Shown one piece after another: positions 35,643-43,608 of a DNA stretch of 53,737 nucleotides (the stretch's first letter is position 1; each line of letters opens with the position of its first letter). The notes under the pieces were generated by a model. The model searched no databases and had not been told where the DNA came from. It was given only the letters and a program-made list of their open reading frames with translations. Source of the stretch: a virus (taxonomy: Duplodnaviria > Caudoviricetes); IMG/VR virus record IMGVR_UViG_3300017745_000008, positions 1-53,737 of that record, one strand, 5' to 3'. The translations under genes were made by a program, and so were the position numbers.

Positions 35643-35652
35643 AACAAACAAA

Positions 35653-35735
35653 TGCGCAAGAAAGGACTTGAACCTTCACGCCGCTAGGGCACAGGTACCT
35701 AAAACCTGGGCGTCTACCAATTCCGCCACTTGCGC
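35653..35735 (-). tRNA. tRNA-Leu(TAG)
   Basis: GCGCAAGTGGCGGAATTGGTAGACGC, CAGGT-TTTAGGT-ACCTG, variable arm, GGTTCAAGTCC. Confidence 0.95.
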
Positions 35736-35746
35736 ATTACTAGACA

Positions 35747-35775
35747 ATTATACCAGAAAAGGCCTAGGCTGTCAA
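35747..35775 (-). promoter_or_regulatory. Sigma70-type promoter for tRNA-Leu and downstream genes
   Basis: TTGACA-N17-TATAAT. Confidence 0.9.
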
Positions 35776-36024
35776 CTAGAAGGGGAGAGCTGGACCTGTA
35801 CTAGAAGGAACTGTAGGAATCTCTGGCATTTCTGGGATCTCTACAACAGAGTTAATAATGCTTGGGAGCGCTTTTGTAATTTCTGCGGTAATTGTAGTTT
35901 TTGCGTTATCTACAACTTCTGTGATGATCTTGTCTTTGTTGAGGTAAAGATACGCCCCGCCGCCAACAAGACTAGCAGATACAGCAAAAGACGAAATGGC
36001 CATTAGGTTAAATAAACCTTGCAT
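35776..36024 (-). CDS. Membrane-anchored hypothetical protein
   Basis: N-terminal TM segment, Pro-rich tail. Confidence 0.65.
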   Translation of the reverse strand: MQGLFNLMAISSFAVSASLVGGGAYLYLNKDKIITEVVDNAKTTITAEITKALPSIINSVVEIPEMPEIPTVPSSTGPALPF

Positions 36025-36049
36025 AATATTTTCTAGATTGCAAAAAACT

Positions 36050-36262
36050 TTAATCTAATAAAGAACTTTCTTGTCTTTTCTGTTTGAAATATATTTTATA
36101 GTAACGTTTTTTAATCTCTTCTAGGGTTTTTGTATCTTCTTCAAAGCCCATATACTTTAGCAACTGATAAGATCCTTCAAGTTCGCTGATCAGTCGTAGT
36201 ATATTAGCAGGTTCTCTTTTAAGCCCTCCTGGCTGGTACTCTAATGTATCGTAATTGCCCAT
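36050..36262 (-). CDS. Hypothetical cyanophage protein
   Basis: 70 aa, LRLISELEGSYQLLKYMGF. Confidence 0.65.
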   Translation of the reverse strand: MGNYDTLEYQPGGLKREPANILRLISELEGSYQLLKYMGFEEDTKTLEEIKKRYYKIYFKQKRQESSLLD

Positions 36263-36273
36263 AAGTTTGCACC

Positions 36274-36519
36274 CTATTCTAGGTCTACAGATGGAGGGCG
36301 ATTGCCTAGCATTAGCTCGTATAGATTTTGTGCCTTATTTAAAAATTTTTTATGGTAATCAATACAAATTTGAACTTCAGATAGTATCTCTTCATAGACC
36401 TGGCGAGAAGTGGTTGCTTCATCTGAAAGATAATCAAATATTGAATCGCCCATCCTGTCTTTACGTTGCTTGCAATAAGCATCGGGAAGTACCCACTCTT
36501 CGCTGTTTGAATTCTTCAT
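36274..36519 (-). CDS. Hypothetical cyanophage protein
   Basis: Likely start MKNSNSEE. Confidence 0.6.
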   Translation of the reverse strand: MKNSNSEEWVLPDAYCKQRKDRMGDSIFDYLSDEATTSRQVYEEILSEVQICIDYHKKFLNKAQNLYELMLGNRPPSVDLE

Positions 36520-36527
36520 ACCAACAT

Positions 36528-36659
36528 TTAAGTTTCTTTGTTCCATTCTACCATGGTTTTAGGCATAAACATCTTTTCTTTATAAAGAATTCCAGCGGTT
36601 ACTAGAAAAGAACCAACTAACAATAAAATTAAAAAGTCCCTTGTAGTTTCATTGCTCAT
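36528..36659 (-). CDS. Small membrane protein (43 aa)
   Basis: MSNETTRDFLILLLVGSFLVTAGILYKEK... Confidence 0.5.
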   Translation of the reverse strand: MSNETTRDFLILLLVGSFLVTAGILYKEKMFMPKTMVEWNKET

Positions 36660-36897
36660 TAAGCATTCCTCTGCTCGACATGTATTTTAGGGTTTCGTTC
36701 ATGCTACCAATATGCTTATACCCAATAGAAACTTGAGGATAGGTTGCTTCTTCTCCGAACTCAGAGTAAAAAGCTTTGCTATCAAAATCTTGATCTAGAG
36801 AGTACTCGTGTAAATCTTCACCTAGATTTTCAAGCAAAAATTTCATTCGCTCGCATTCTTGGCTTCCGTTAGAATAAATTACTGCTACTTCAGTCAC
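36649..36897 (-). CDS. Glutaredoxin-like protein, single active-site Cys
   Basis: VIYS..SQEC, ATYPQV.IG..HIG. Confidence 0.75.
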   Translation of the reverse strand: MTEVAVIYSNGSQECERMKFLLENLGEDLHEYSLDQDFDSKAFYSEFGEEATYPQVSIGYKHIGSMNETLKYMSSRGMLNEQ

Positions 36898-37216
36898 GCC
36901 AGTTACATCCTGTTAGTTGAGTTAGTTTGTTTCTAAGTTGTTTTTTAACACCCTTGTAGTAGTCTATAGAAGACTGATCTAACGCTTTACCCATATATTG
37001 CTCAAGCCCATAAGCAAGTTCGTCTAACTCTTGAATAGAGGCCTTAGACTTTATAAGAGCTAGTCTAGAGCACAAATTAATTTGTTTTTCATTGATTTTT
37101 AAAAGCATTTGATTATACTTTACAAGCGACGCCTTATCTTTTTTAGAATTTAAAATTTGAGCCTCGTATATAAGATCATTGATTTCTTGTCTTGACTTTC
37201 CCAGTTCATCACTCAT
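36890..37216 (-). CDS. Hypothetical protein
   Basis: Likely start MSDELGK directly after upstream stop. Confidence 0.6.
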   Translation of the reverse strand: MSDELGKSRQEINDLIYEAQILNSKKDKASLVKYNQMLLKINEKQINLCSRLALIKSKASIQELDELAYGLEQYMGKALDQSSIDYYKGVKKQLRNKLTQLTGCNWRD

Positions 37217-37217
37217 T

Positions 37218-37532
37218 TTAGTCTCGTTGTCTCCAGTCATCAGGTTTATCTTGGTGAAACCAACTCTTAATATCGTCGGCATCAATGAATCCCTTCTTAT
37301 GGTTGGACGGGTCGGGATCGCCAAGTCCCATCCTATTCAGAAAATCGTCTGTGCTACCTTCTTCAATCTGTTGCGAATGCTGACGTCGTGCCATCTTTAA
37401 CATCTCGTTAGCAGTAGTGTTTGCCTTTGCGAGTTTCTGTGCCCAGACCATATCATCTAGTTTTACCTCTTCACCATTAGCAATACATTTACAGATAAAC
37501 TCCAGTTTTAGTCGGTATTGTGTAGACAGCAT
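37218..37532 (-). CDS. Conserved cyanophage hypothetical protein
   Basis: MLSTQYRLKLEFICKCIA...DDWRQRD. Confidence 0.7.
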   Translation of the reverse strand: MLSTQYRLKLEFICKCIANGEEVKLDDMVWAQKLAKANTTANEMLKMARRQHSQQIEEGSTDDFLNRMGLGDPDPSNHKKGFIDADDIKSWFHQDKPDDWRQRD

Positions 37533-37557
37533 ATTTTTTAATACTCTAATGTTTACT

Positions 37558-37746
37558 TTAATCTAGAAGTCTACTTTGTTGATCTTTCAATACATCACCA
37601 CAGAGGTCTTTAGAAAGCTTGTCTCTAAGGCTATTAATTTTTTGATCTGTGAATTCTTTAAATTGACCTCGCTTTTCTACTTTTTTATAGTAGTGAAGAG
37701 CATTAAGTATAATTGTAAAGTCCTCTATAGAAATGTCTATATTCAT
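37558..37746 (-). CDS. Hypothetical protein
   Basis: 62 aa, TAATG overlap with upstream ORF. Confidence 0.6.
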   Translation of the reverse strand: MNIDISIEDFTIILNALHYYKKVEKRGQFKEFTDQKINSLRDKLSKDLCGDVLKDQQSRLLD

Positions 37747-37910
37747 TAGATTTTTGAAATTACTTCTTGCTGTTTCATATAGAGTTTTATGTAAGTTTTA
37801 GCAAGATTCTTAAGAGCTTCTTTGTCGTCGATCAAGTCAATAGCTCTTGCAAGCTTCTCGTAAGAAAACTGTCTTGTTGTTGTACGTAACTCTACTTCTT
37901 CAGGTTTCAT
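37746..37910 (-). CDS. nblA: NblA-like phycobilisome degradation adaptor (54 aa)
   Basis: MKPEEVELRTTTRQFSYEKLARAIDLIDDKEALKNLAKTYIKLYMKQQEVISKI; helix-loop-helix NblA-like pattern; coupled to both neighbours; missed by ORF track. Confidence 0.65.
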   Translation of the reverse strand: MKPEEVELRTTTRQFSYEKLARAIDLIDDKEALKNLAKTYIKLYMKQQEVISKI

Positions 37911-38353
37911 GGTGACTTCTCAGAATTGTTTTCAACCCACCTTTTAAGAGATAGATACCTGGTTTCCCAAATTTTCTCTTGGCTTGTAGGCTTGCCTAAA
38001 CCATCAACTACTAGCATACCAGCAAAAAACGTAATCTCTAGAGAGGGAAGCGGAGCATAGTGGGTGTCCCATTTTGCAGGGCACACATTAATTGTTTTGG
38101 TTAAGTTGCATGGAGAGACCGTGCCGTGAGTGCCATTAGGTACTATTTTAAAAATGTCCCATTGCGATTCTGACTCCTCAAGAGATTTCATCTCCCAAGC
38201 TTGGGTTCCAGAGTACTCTACTTTAAATAACTGGCCATTTGGGTCTATCCAGTAAAACTCCAAAAGGTTATCTAAGTCCTTTGTTTGCAAGTCTTTGTTG
38301 TAAAACCCGGGACCTAGGTCATATGAAGTTCTTATGGTGTCAAACATTCCCAT
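37907..38353 (-). CDS. Hypothetical protein
   Basis: MGMFDTI...LQTKDL family seen in cyanophages. Confidence 0.65.
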   Translation of the reverse strand: MGMFDTIRTSYDLGPGFYNKDLQTKDLDNLLEFYWIDPNGQLFKVEYSGTQAWEMKSLEESESQWDIFKIVPNGTHGTVSPCNLTKTINVCPAKWDTHYAPLPSLEITFFAGMLVVDGLGKPTSQEKIWETRYLSLKRWVENNSEKSP

Positions 38354-38392
38354 GGTTCTCAAGAGGTACGTTATTCCAGTGCCTTATTGCAT

Positions 38393-39073
38393 TTATCTAA
38401 TAAACCCTTCATCTATCAAATATTTTTTGGTAAGGGGTGTTGGGGGATAAATGTCCCACATTGCCCCCGTCGAACAAGCGTTAAGAGCATCCACCGTCAT
38501 CCCTTTGGTTTTACCCGCCCAAGTTGCCTCTGCTTCCCATATAACTGCAGAAGGAGGATAAGTGCGCTCGACCATCTCTCTCCAGAAAGTAGGCACTTCG
38601 TCTTCAGGCTTGATTAGTGCAATAAACGAGTTATCAATTGTTCCGGCCATGCAGTCTTGCGCCGCGTGCCAGCCTTCATGACGCATTACAGAAAGAAGCA
38701 CGTTGGGCAAGTCCATATAGTCTCTATTCAGATAAAACTTATTAGAAACAGTGTGGTATACTCCACGATGCCTCACTGGGAAATATTTTTCTGGAGCGAG
38801 GTACACTCCTACGCCTGCAATTTTAAATGCTTCAAGTAACTCGGTTATTTCTTCAATTTGGTCTGATGAAGCATTAGTGCTATCCCAGGCTGCAGGATAT
38901 AGCTCTATGAGTTGAGACCAGTGGTGAAGTTGCTCTACGTTATCTGTACATTCTTCGAGAAGCATGCATCCTAAAGAGTCCATAGTTTTGTACCCTTTAA
39001 TTGCTGCTTCCTTCGCCAAAACTATAGAAGGAAGAATTGTAAATACGCTGAGTGCTAGAAGAAGTTTTTTCAT
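38393..39073 (-). CDS. Secreted HExxH metallopeptidase-like protein
   Basis: Signal peptide MKKLLLAL; VMRHEGWHAAQDC; track ORF extension overlaps a tRNA. Confidence 0.7.
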   Translation of the reverse strand: MKKLLLALSVFTILPSIVLAKEAAIKGYKTMDSLGCMLLEECTDNVEQLHHWSQLIELYPAAWDSTNASSDQIEEITELLEAFKIAGVGVYLAPEKYFPVRHRGVYHTVSNKFYLNRDYMDLPNVLLSVMRHEGWHAAQDCMAGTIDNSFIALIKPEDEVPTFWREMVERTYPPSAVIWEAEATWAGKTKGMTVDALNACSTGAMWDIYPPTPLTKKYLIDEGFIR

Positions 39074-39088
39074 AATTTTATTATAAAA

Positions 39089-39173
39089 TGCGAGTAGGGA
39101 GACTTGAACTCCCACGGGATTTACTCCCAACAGATTTTAAGTCTGGTGCGTCTACCGATTCCGCCATACTCGC
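39089..39173 (-). tRNA. tRNA-Leu(TAA)
   Basis: GCGAGTATGGCGGAATCGGTAGACGC, CAGA-CTTAAAA-TCTG, variable arm, GTTCAAGTC. Confidence 0.95.
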
Positions 39174-39178
39174 AAAAG

Positions 39179-39349
39179 TTAAATAATTGGATTACCTAAT
39201 TTGTCGTGAGTAGGGACTTGAATAAAACAATGCTTATTAAAGATGGCCCTCATTTCTTCGTCGGTTAGATTGCAATTACGAGCAGCTCTAGGTAAGTTCC
39301 ATTTTGCTTTAAAAAGCATGTCAAGTGACTCTTTTACTTTAGGCTCCAT
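39179..39349 (-). CDS. Small HTH-like hypothetical protein (56 aa)
   Basis: LFKAKWNLPRAARNCNLTDEEMR. Confidence 0.55.
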   Translation of the reverse strand: MEPKVKESLDMLFKAKWNLPRAARNCNLTDEEMRAIFNKHCFIQVPTHDKLGNPII

Positions 39350-39364
39350 AGTTAAAATTTTAGG

Positions 39365-39437
39365 TGCTCCTTGCGTGGATCGAACACGCCTTAGGCGAAT
39401 TATGAGTTCGCTGCATTCACCAGATTGCTAAAGGAGC
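39365..39437 (-). tRNA. tRNA with CAT anticodon (Met or lysidine-modified Ile2)
   Basis: GCTCCTT acceptor, GCGAA-CTCATAA-TTCGC, GTTCGATCC. Confidence 0.92.
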
Positions 39438-39481
39438 ATATTTTTAACGAGTCAGAGAAATGGTACTTACACTTAAAAGAC

Positions 39482-39985
39482 TCACTCGTCTCCTTCTTCC
39501 TCACCACCAACAGGGACTAGGCGAATTGATTTTTTCCCGAGCTTGATGATGAATTCGTCACCAACTTGGAGATCGAGCATGGCTGTATATGCCTTGCCAA
39601 CCAGAAGATTGCCGTTGCCCTGAACTGTTGTTCTATAAGAAAGCTTGCGGCCGGTTCCAATGTCGCCGAGATAAATGCCCTTGGCATTTAGAAGAGCTTC
39701 ATAAAAGCCTGTGAAATCCACTCGGATGCTTCCGTCTTTCTTTCGGGAGACGTAGCCGCATGCTGTAGCAAGGTCAGTTTTGGATATGTCGCCAAGGTCT
39801 TTGACCTTTGTGATCAGCTCGGATCCGGTAAGTTTTCTACAACTGAGTTGGTTCTTCTGGTGGATCATCAAACGGTGGTCTCCTTGGTAATCTATCGCAG
39901 GGTCCCAATGGTCCGGCCGTTCATAGCCTGAGTCTAAATTCTTCCCCCAGGATGTAATTGATTTAAGCAGAGATTTGAAGTTCAT
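39482..39985 (-). CDS. AbrB-like transcriptional regulator (picocyanobacterial type) with N-terminal extension
   Basis: LTGSELITKVKDLG..SKTDLATACGY...FYEALLNAKG...GRKLSY.TTVQGNGNLLVGKAY...GDEF.IKLG; start uncertain. Confidence 0.85.
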   Translation of the reverse strand: MNFKSLLKSITSWGKNLDSGYERPDHWDPAIDYQGDHRLMIHQKNQLSCRKLTGSELITKVKDLGDISKTDLATACGYVSRKKDGSIRVDFTGFYEALLNAKGIYLGDIGTGRKLSYRTTVQGNGNLLVGKAYTAMLDLQVGDEFIIKLGKKSIRLVPVGGEEEGDE

Positions 39986-40020
39986 ACTTTTTTTTTTACT
40001 TATCAGAGATAAAATCTTGA

Positions 40021-40074
40021 TAGAAGATTTGCACCTTCTACAATTTAGCAAACTGTTGCTTTCGACCACCATCC
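40021..40074 (-). pseudogene. Degenerate tRNA-Ser(GCT) remnant
   Basis: TGGTCGAAAGC D-loop, ACAGT-TTGCTAA-ATTGT anticodon arm, AGAAG-GTGCAAAT-CTTCT T-like arm; no variable arm, no good acceptor stem. Confidence 0.55.
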
Positions 40075-40095
40075 TAACAGGTGCTTCTCTAGTAC

Positions 40096-40260
40096 TTATC
40101 TTGTGTAGAAGTCGCCAGGTAGTTGGTCGATGGGCATAATCAAACAACGAGTGGGGCCGTTGGTGATTGTGAAAGTCTCGCCATTTTCTACTCTCTCAAA
40201 GAGAGCATCGAAGTTGGCTTCAAACTCTTCTACAGTAAATTCTTTTTTAGTTAGTTCCAT
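40096..40260 (-). CDS. Phd/YefM antitoxin-fold-like small protein (54 aa)
   Basis: FTVEEFEANFDALFERVENGETFTIT...CLIMP. Confidence 0.55.
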   Translation of the reverse strand: MELTKKEFTVEEFEANFDALFERVENGETFTITNGPTRCLIMPIDQLPGDFYTR

Positions 40261-40408
40261 CGGGACTTTTTCGATGTATATACATTATACCAAGGATCGG
40301 CCCAATAGTCAACCCCAGTCCCGCAAAGAATATGAAGATAGGGTTAGGAGTCACGCTCGCCAAGTTTTTCAGGAGAGGCTGGAGCTGAATAAATAGCTGG
40401 GAGTTCAT
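40247..40408 (-). CDS. Small membrane protein
   Basis: Likely start MNSQLF; one TM helix. Confidence 0.5.
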   Translation of the reverse strand: MNSQLFIQLQPLLKNLASVTPNPIFIFFAGLGLTIGPILGIMYIHRKSPDGTN

Positions 40409-41051
40409 TTCTTTCTTCTGGAGTTTTGTATTGCCATTCTTTAGTATCACCAACTGACCAAGAAGGGTCAGTCTCTACGGCGAAGTCTTTAGTCGAGACT
40501 TTAAAGTCCGGGGTCAGAGTGTCCCTAGGGATCATGGAAGCCTCGTACCATAGCACCCGGTTATTTGGCTGAGCGGCGTATTGCCCGTTATCTAACGCAA
40601 TTACGTTGAAGGACTTATGCTCGTCTGGGGTCTCTGACAACCCAAGCCTAGGCCTGTTATAATCTGGCTCACAAGCATCGATAGTAAACATGTACTCTCC
40701 ATGGTGCCATTGCCTATCCTTACCTAGGAACTTACAACGCAACCCGGCTAACGTGAACTTCTCTAGGATTGTGATGTCATAGCTAAAACAATCCCATAGC
40801 TCTATTACATCAAGCGGAAGGTCTGGAGAAGGAGTCTCTGGATCGGACACAAACGCAGCTAGTGGGAGCTTGTCGTAGAGGGCTCCGTACTCGGGCAAAA
40901 GCGCTTCGATGTATATAGCTCTGCGAGCGATGGATTTTACGCTAATCCATATCGCCTCTGTAAATTCTCCATGACCTTTTTCTAGATCGTATAAATACTC
41001 TTTCCTCACGTAGCATTTGTGCGGAGGTGTATTTGCTATTAAAAAACTCAT
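40344..41051 (-). CDS. Conserved phage hypothetical protein
   Basis: 235 aa; YVRKEYLYD...GALYDKLP...WDCFSY...NGQYAAQPNNR. Confidence 0.75.
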   Translation of the reverse strand: MSFLIANTPPHKCYVRKEYLYDLEKGHGEFTEAIWISVKSIARRAIYIEALLPEYGALYDKLPLAAFVSDPETPSPDLPLDVIELWDCFSYDITILEKFTLAGLRCKFLGKDRQWHHGEYMFTIDACEPDYNRPRLGLSETPDEHKSFNVIALDNGQYAAQPNNRVLWYEASMIPRDTLTPDFKVSTKDFAVETDPSWSVGDTKEWQYKTPEERNELPAIYSAPASPEKLGERDS

Positions 41052-41080
41052 AGTTAACTTATTAACTACGAGACTTTACA

Positions 41081-41476
41081 CTATTTAACTAACTCTTGTA
41101 GCACGGGAATAGGCACCTGGTTAAACGAAGGTATTATTTGTCCTATGAACAAACCAACAATAACTAACCCACCAGCAACTAAGTATCTCCATTTAGTGAG
41201 CTCTTCTACTTTGCTTTCTATCTTATCTATCCTAGCATTGAGTTCTTGGTGCTCTTCATGCGATTGATTTTTAATCTCATCCAGCTTTTCATAAATGGCA
41301 TCTTCCTCAAGAACGCGCTCCTCAAGCTTACTTTCGTGCTTAATAAGCATTTCCTTGATGCTAAGAGAAACGTCGCTAAGTTTCTCAATAGACTCTTCTA
41401 TCTTAATAAAATATTTTTCGTGAGTATTAAGTCTTTCTTCTATTACAGAAACTCTACTGTCATTAAAGGGAGGCAT
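41081..41476 (-). CDS. Coiled-coil protein with C-terminal TM helix (possible lysis-related)
   Basis: Coiled coil then KWRYLVAGGLVIVGLFIG; GTTTAAAT upstream. Confidence 0.6.
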   Translation of the reverse strand: MPPFNDSRVSVIEERLNTHEKYFIKIEESIEKLSDVSLSIKEMLIKHESKLEERVLEEDAIYEKLDEIKNQSHEEHQELNARIDKIESKVEELTKWRYLVAGGLVIVGLFIGQIIPSFNQVPIPVLQELVK

Positions 41477-41508
41477 TAAACCAGAATGTCTTCTTATTCA
41501 ATAGTAAT

Positions 41509-41688
41509 TTAAACCACCGAGACCTCGAGTCTTTTTTCTTCTAAGTAAGTAAGAACTGCATCTCTCCACTCCATAAGTTCGTTATAGCATTCCTGAGAAT
41601 GGGCCTCTGCCCTGAGTTCGTTATCCGGCTTAATTACGGATTCTACAAAAAGGCCGTGAGCAAGCAAGGTGCGTTCTTTTTTATTCAT
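41509..41688 (-). CDS. Hypothetical cyanophage protein
   Basis: Likely start MNKKERT. Confidence 0.6.
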   Translation of the reverse strand: MNKKERTLLAHGLFVESVIKPDNELRAEAHSQECYNELMEWRDAVLTYLEEKRLEVSVV

Positions 41689-41696
41689 TGAGTTAA

Positions 41697-41825
41697 TCAG
41701 TAGTTGTGTTGCTCGTCTTCTTCGTCTTCCCAATAGCAGGGTTCGTGAAAAAGCTCTTGCATCTTTATTTCTTTCATCCGTTTTTCTAGGATTTTAAGAT
41801 CTTCTTCTGAAAGATTTTCTGGCAT
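41697..41825 (-). CDS. Small hypothetical protein (42 aa)
   Basis: MPENLSEEDLKILEKRMKEIKMQELFHEP..., abuts upstream stop. Confidence 0.55.
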   Translation of the reverse strand: MPENLSEEDLKILEKRMKEIKMQELFHEPCYWEDEEDEQHNY

Positions 41826-42056
41826 TTACTCCTCTTCTTCTCCTAATAAAGTTTTAAGACCCTCAAATCTGCTCTCCCAGCTATCTCCACTTGTTGAGCC
41901 CTTGCAAGGATTAATACATGTCTCATTGCCAAGACTGTTGCAAACCAAACCCGCAAGATCGTGGGGATCGCCTAATGAGCCTGTTGACCAATATAGTTGC
42001 CCGTCAATCCACTTTGCCCCGCATCTAGGACATTCAGAGAGCGCTTGGTTATTCAT
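41826..42056 (-). CDS. Cys-rich hypothetical protein
   Basis: CPRC...DLAGLVCN...CINPCKG. Confidence 0.65.
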   Translation of the reverse strand: MNNQALSECPRCGAKWIDGQLYWSTGSLGDPHDLAGLVCNSLGNETCINPCKGSTSGDSWESRFEGLKTLLGEEEE

Positions 42057-42264
42057 GAGTGTTTTTTTGTAGTTGTTTTATAAAAGAATCTAGATCTTTT
42101 TTAAGTTTTTTCTTTAGTCTATTAGCTTTGAATTCAATCCAGGCTAACTTAATTTTTAATTCAACGAAACGAACTAAATTTAAAATGTTTTCCGGTCCTG
42201 CGTAGGCGATTGCCCCTAAGACTACGGCTACTGTACAATAGAATCCAATTAGATCGTTACTCAT
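42049..42264 (-). CDS. Membrane-anchored hypothetical protein
   Basis: 71 aa, N-terminal TM segment. Confidence 0.6.
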   Translation of the reverse strand: MSNDLIGFYCTVAVVLGAIAYAGPENILNLVRFVELKIKLAWIEFKANRLKKKLKKDLDSFIKQLQKNTHE

Positions 42265-42273
42265 ACTAGTTAG

Positions 42274-42441
42274 TTAATACCTATATTCATTAATTATATC
42301 AACTACCTTTGATAAAGCTTCATCAACAGCTTTCTTTTGTGGTGCAGGTAGTTCTGGGCTATAGCTACCGTCGTGTAGTTCATTCTTCATCTTTATAACT
42401 CTTGAAAGAATGTCTATCTTTGTTAGTTGGCTTCTTGGCAT
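42274..42441 (-). CDS. Small hypothetical protein (55 aa)
   Basis: MPRSQLTKIDILSRVIKMKNEL...INEYRY. Confidence 0.6.
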   Translation of the reverse strand: MPRSQLTKIDILSRVIKMKNELHDGSYSPELPAPQKKAVDEALSKVVDIINEYRY

Positions 42442-42443
42442 AA

Positions 42444-42536
42444 TTAAAAAATTGTTCCGTTATAACATCTGCCGCATAATAGCGACAGCCCTAATATAAC
42501 CGACAGTAGGAGTAATGCAAGCTGGTATTTGCACAT
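42444..42536 (-). CDS. Small hydrophobic peptide (30 aa)
   Basis: MCKYQLALLLLSVILGLSLLCGRCYNGTIF. Confidence 0.35.
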   Translation of the reverse strand: MCKYQLALLLLSVILGLSLLCGRCYNGTIF

Positions 42537-42539
42537 AAT

Positions 42540-42565
42540 AAAAAGAGGGGCCGATTTCCCCTCTC
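42540..42565 (-). terminator. Rho-independent terminator
   Basis: AGAGGGG-N7-CCCCTCT-TTTT after hli. Confidence 0.75.
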
Positions 42566-42610
42566 TTTAAAGTTTAATCTGTACTTTACAATTTAATTAA
42601 ATCTTTATAT

Positions 42611-42724
42611 TTAAAATATGCCTGGAATAATCTGACCTGTAGTTACGTAAGTTCCTACAGCAATAATAAATCCTAGCATTGCAAGTCTGCCATTAAGTGT
42701 TTCTGCGTTTTTGTTAAATCCCAT
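42611..42724 (-). CDS. hli: High-light-inducible protein (37 aa)
   Basis: AETLNGRLAMLGF...TGQIIPGIF; missed by ORF track. Confidence 0.93.
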   Translation of the reverse strand: MGFNKNAETLNGRLAMLGFIIAVGTYVTTGQIIPGIF

Positions 42725-42884
42725 TGTTTGTCTCCTGTTGTGTTTTGTTTCTAATAATGACCCTACCGCTACCTTTATGGTATTCAATGGTGAACTCTAG
42801 TTCATCATCGGGCCCCCAGCAGAGTTCTTCGTAAAGGGCGTTTAGCTTCTCCATATCTTCATACAGAGCATTAGGGTTGGGCAT
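42714..42884 (-). CDS. Small conserved cyanophage protein (56 aa)
   Basis: MPNPNALYEDMEKLNALYEELCW. Confidence 0.6.
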   Translation of the reverse strand: MPNPNALYEDMEKLNALYEELCWGPDDELEFTIEYHKGSGRVIIRNKTQQETNNGI

Positions 42885-42886
42885 GG

Positions 42887-43210
42887 TTATTTGCTGTAAG
42901 TGTCGTAGCCAAACTCGTCATCTAGCTGTTTGTCTAAGTTAGACTCTTTAAGATGGTGTGGCTTAAACTCTCTTTGCATAGATAGAGAGGGCTCCCATTT
43001 ATTTCTTGATAGATTTTTAATCACAAGAAATGCATCTTTGTTGTATTTACGAGTCCCAATAGGTGATTGCCACTTCTTGTTGTACTCTTCACCAACATCA
43101 ATGCCTGAAACCTGAGTACCTCCTACCTCAATTGCAATATCGTCAGAGTCTAGGTCCCATCCTAGAGTCTTTAAAGCATTTGAAAGAGATTCTTCTGAAA
43201 AGGGGTACAT
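42887..43210 (-). CDS. Hypothetical cyanophage protein
   Basis: 107 aa ORF in the hli operon. Confidence 0.65.
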   Translation of the reverse strand: MYPFSEESLSNALKTLGWDLDSDDIAIEVGGTQVSGIDVGEEYNKKWQSPIGTRKYNKDAFLVIKNLSRNKWEPSLSMQREFKPHHLKESNLDKQLDDEFGYDTYSK

Positions 43211-43296
43211 TAGTACGTTTCTGCGAGTTGTTCTATAGAGTATCCTAACAAAACAAGTAATGAAATGCTAGTTAATGTAATAATTATTTCACTCAT
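43210..43296 (-). CDS. Small membrane peptide (28 aa)
   Basis: MSEIIITLTSISLLVLLGYSIEQLAETY; TAATG coupling. Confidence 0.5.
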   Translation of the reverse strand: MSEIIITLTSISLLVLLGYSIEQLAETY

Positions 43297-43375
43297 TTTC
43301 TTCACCGTTCTGTGTTAGTAAAGCTCCCATTACAAAGGAAGCAAAGAGGAAAACCCCTACGGCTAAAAAGCCCAT
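43289..43375 (-). CDS. Small membrane peptide (28 aa)
   Basis: MGFLAVGVFLFASFVMGALLTQNGEENE; TGATG coupling to hli. Confidence 0.5.
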   Translation of the reverse strand: MGFLAVGVFLFASFVMGALLTQNGEENE

Positions 43376-43584
43376 CAGAAGATACCAAAGAAAAACTTAC
43401 CTGTTGCTGCATAAGAAACTAGTCCTGCTACAATACCAATCATTGACCATCTGCCATTTGTTTTTTCGGCTCTTTCGGCATGGGTTTCAAGGCCGTACCT
43501 CTCCGTGTAAGACGGGTCTACAAACATTTGGGGCTCTTGAGCAAACATGTTTTGCTTGCCAAATTCGTCGGTTGTAACAGTCAT
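43375..43584 (-). CDS. hli: High-light-inducible protein
   Basis: AEKTNGRWSMIG...TGKFFFGIF. Confidence 0.9.
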   Translation of the reverse strand: MTVTTDEFGKQNMFAQEPQMFVDPSYTERYGLETHAERAEKTNGRWSMIGIVAGLVSYAATGKFFFGIF

Positions 43585-43608
43585 AGTGTTAAGATTTGTA
43601 ACTATATA

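Noticed and set aside
35668-36006. Plus-strand 112-aa ORF
   Set aside because: Antisense to tRNA-Leu, its promoter and a real gene
39074-39130. N-terminal extension of ORF 38393..39130
   Set aside because: Overlaps tRNA-Leu(TAA); the signal peptide begins at 39073
39988-39997. Poly-T tract as a phase-variation switch (also near 32345-32354)
   Set aside because: Lies outside the likely coding start in an AT-rich genome; no evidence of length variation from a single sequence
42292-42301. Extended -10 TGATATAAT
   Set aside because: Falls inside the 42274-42441 ORF and lacks the ATA suffix of the other sites; may be coincidental
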